From positions 5,995,337 through 6,059,336 of the forward strand of contig NC_052172.1 of NCBI RefSeq assembly GCF_902713615.1: a stretch of DNA of 64,000 nt. The letters run 5' to 3'. This DNA is from Scyliorhinus canicula. Taxonomy: Eukaryota. The notes beneath the pieces were generated by a model. That model did no database searches, was not told where the DNA came from, and worked only from the letters and a program-made list of their open reading frames with translations. This document shows positions 61,590 to 64,000 of the stretch, piece by piece. The first letter of the stretch is position 1, and each line of letters opens with the position of its first letter. Made by a program: the position numbers and the translations under genes.

Positions 61590-63098
61590 CCAAAGGCAGC
61601 AAGAAACAGCTGTGAGCGAGAAAACCGCGCGGTGCTTCAGCCTGTATGGGGCTTTGTGGCGGGAAAATGTTTGTGAAAAGGCAGGTGTTGGAATAGCAGT
61701 GAGTGATTAGATATTGAGATAGTGAGGAAGCTGCAAATAAACATTTTGAAAGGTGATGTCAGAACTGCAATTTTGAGACTGTCTCGAGTTGTGTCAAAAG
61801 TTTACGCATTTTATCCACTGTCATTGTGTGTGTTCTGTCTCCACAGTGAGAGCTGAGGGATCTACAATCTGATGGGACACACAATTGTCTGTAACAAGGC
61901 TGGATAGACCTTTCAGCCCCTCTAACTTGTCACACAGGAACATGCGGAGGAGAATCAGCCTCTCGAGCATGTTGCACAGGAACAAGACGATGCCATCCAA
62001 CCCCTCGAGCTTGTTACTGAGAAACAGGACGTGAGCATTCAGCCCCTCGAGCCTGTTACACAGATAACGAAGTGGTCATCCATTGCTTCCACCAGTTCAA
62101 CAGGTCAAGGCCATTAAATCGATCAAAATTTCTGTGCTGTTCAGTTGCATCACAGGATATGAGAGTGACTGGCATCTAGGTGGACAGAGGGGGGTTGAAG
62201 AAAGAAAATCAAGCCAGAGGCAAAGATGGCAACACAAAGGAGAGGGAGGTGGAACACGTGCCAGAGTGAGATGAAGAGAACGAGAGCGATAGAGAGTGAG
62301 AGAGCGAGGGAGCGAGCAATGAAGACAACCAGACAGAGACACAGACAGAGAGATAAAGTGTTAGAAAGATCAAGCGTGGAACAGAGTGAGACAGAGAGAT
62401 AGAGAGCGAGACTGAGTGAGACAGACAGAGAGACAGAGATGGAGAGAAGGAAGATAGTGAATGACAACGTAGAAGAAGAGAAATAGAGAGAGAGAAAATG
62501 AGACCGAGACTGAAAGACAGTGCGAAAGAGAGACAGAGGGACAGATACAAACGCGGAAACACAAAATTCCACATCTGCCTATATTCACATCCCAATTCAT
62601 TAAATGACGCCCTGGTGGACCATGAGTGAACTGCATCCTGAATATAATATTGCCTTTTGCAGATTCCGCCCTCAAGGCCTGATCATCCAATCCTCTTGAT
62701 CATCATAGAACCAAATAATTAGCCAATCGTGAGCTGGGACCGATTTGAGACTCCCCGTGTTGCATTGTCTGCCTCCGGCTTCTCAAGGCCTTCCCTTCGG
62801 GGCATGGTGTTGAAATATTGAGGCAATGATGACATTGCGAAGTTGCACCTGGATTCGGACTAGGTTTTGGGAACCCAGATGAAGTTGTGATGAAGTTGTG
62901 ATGATTTAATTAAATACGGAGTCACCGAAGCGGTTCTTCGAATGTGACCGCTTTGAGCCCTGTCAATCATCGGTAATTAGCAACGGCAGTGATTCTGATT
63001 GGTGTGACCGAAGTGAGAAATGTTGCAACCTTCTCTAACAGCTCCACACTCTTGTCCTTACACCTTCCCTTTGCTGAAGGACAAACACCTCGTGAAAT

Positions 63099-63450
63099 AT
63101 GCATTTGTTACTGTGACCAATGGTCTGATTTCATCGTAAGGAATCACTTTCAAATAATAATGATTCACAATCTTCTTTTGTGCAGTTAGCTATTTTCCTC
63201 TGCCTGTTTTCCTACCTTTCTCTTTCTTTCCCAGAAATGAACTCACACAATATTCCCCAGACTCTCGAATATTCGCCAGATTCGAATAGCGCAAATGTAT
63301 TCAAGGTGGAATCTAGATAAAGGCTCGAGGAAGAAAGGAATAGGTAACTTTGCCAATGCGGTCGAACATCAACCTTCCCGGAACTGAAGTCAGGAGCACA
63401 TTCAGTCAGCAGTTGACACTGTTTTCCAGGGAGCAGGTGAAGCAGGTTGT
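63099..63450 (+). pseudogene. Decayed V pseudogene (37-nt leader with two stops, intron 63136-63234, degenerate 5' V exon)
   Basis: ATG CAT TTG TTA CTG TGA CCA ATG GTC TGA TTT CAT C|GTAAGG has the same 37-nt length and phase as the V1, V3, V4 and V5 leaders; exon MNSHNIPQT...; no RSS found. Confidence 0.62.
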
Positions 63451-64000
63451 GGGTGAGACATGTCTAAATAACAAATGCAGAAAGAGGGGAAGAACATGTC
63501 TGAAAGATAATTGAGAAAACAAGTGAAAATGAGAACAAGGAAAACATTTGAAATCACTTAGTTTATGTTTTCATTCTCTACATCGACTGATGAGGGCGCT
63601 CCAGGACCGTTCAACACATCAATGCCTGGAACTAGGACCAATAATAACCCAGGAATTGGAGGACATAAACTCCCCGATATATTTCTTTTTATTATTCCAT
63701 GGGTCGTAGGCGTAATTGGCGAGGCCACTATTTGTTGTCCAATTCCTCTTTTGTTTGAGAATGTGATTGTGAGTAGGTGTACCCATAATGCTGTTAGGGA
63801 CGTCGTTCCAGGATTTTGTTCGAGCGAAGCTACAACAATCTGGTCATTAATTAGGATGATGGGAAATAACCTGCAGCCTGTGGTGTGCCCCTGCATTTGC
63901 TGCTTTTGTCCTTCAAGGTGAGATAGGTCACGTGCTTGGATAGTACTGTGGCAGGAGCATCTTGCAGACGGTACACATGCTTCCACTGTTCTTTGGCGGC

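Noticed and set aside
61816-61848. D-segment-like CACTGTC...CACAGTG pair downstream of V5
   Set aside because: No nonamer at 12 or 23 nt on either side, and the paralog near 49027 has degenerate heptamers.
55521-63600. GATGAGGGCGCT words at about 55521 and 63590 as additional CTCF sites
   Set aside because: They lack the CAG/TAG core of the motif.

Overview
Vertebrate (elasmobranch, shark-type) genomic DNA, not prokaryotic. The taxon is inferred from the HE1/V-SINE-type SINEs, CR1 LINEs with (TTCTATG)n tails and MEKPWKC-type zinc fingers. The left 43 kb is mostly repeats: dozens of tRNA-derived SINEs, one apparently full-length two-ORF CR1 LINE, L1, Penelope, Gypsy and Rex1 remnants, Harbinger-like MITEs and a 3.5 kb 20-bp minisatellite. 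It also holds one 7-finger C2H2 zinc-finger gene with a CpG-island promoter, an SDF2 retro-pseudogene and a decayed tRNA-Asp. The right 21 kb is an antigen-receptor V-gene cluster: five open-frame TCR-beta-type (TRBV30-like, YYCAWS) V segments, each with leader exon, intron, V exon and 23-bp-spacer RSS, plus two decayed V pseudogenes, arranged as an ~8 kb triplet cassette. No D, J or C segment was seen. Top leads: (1) a canonical U_UUA_AAC -1 frameshift signal at the CR1 ORF1/ORF2 overlap, where ORF2 has no usable ATG; (2) an intron-like element in the same CR1 5' UTR; (3) a shark V whose CDR1/CDR2 closely match human TRBV30 but whose RSS heptamer is broken; (4) conserved RSS-flanking E-box and CTCF-like sites. 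Repeat boundaries are approximate and were read by eye.
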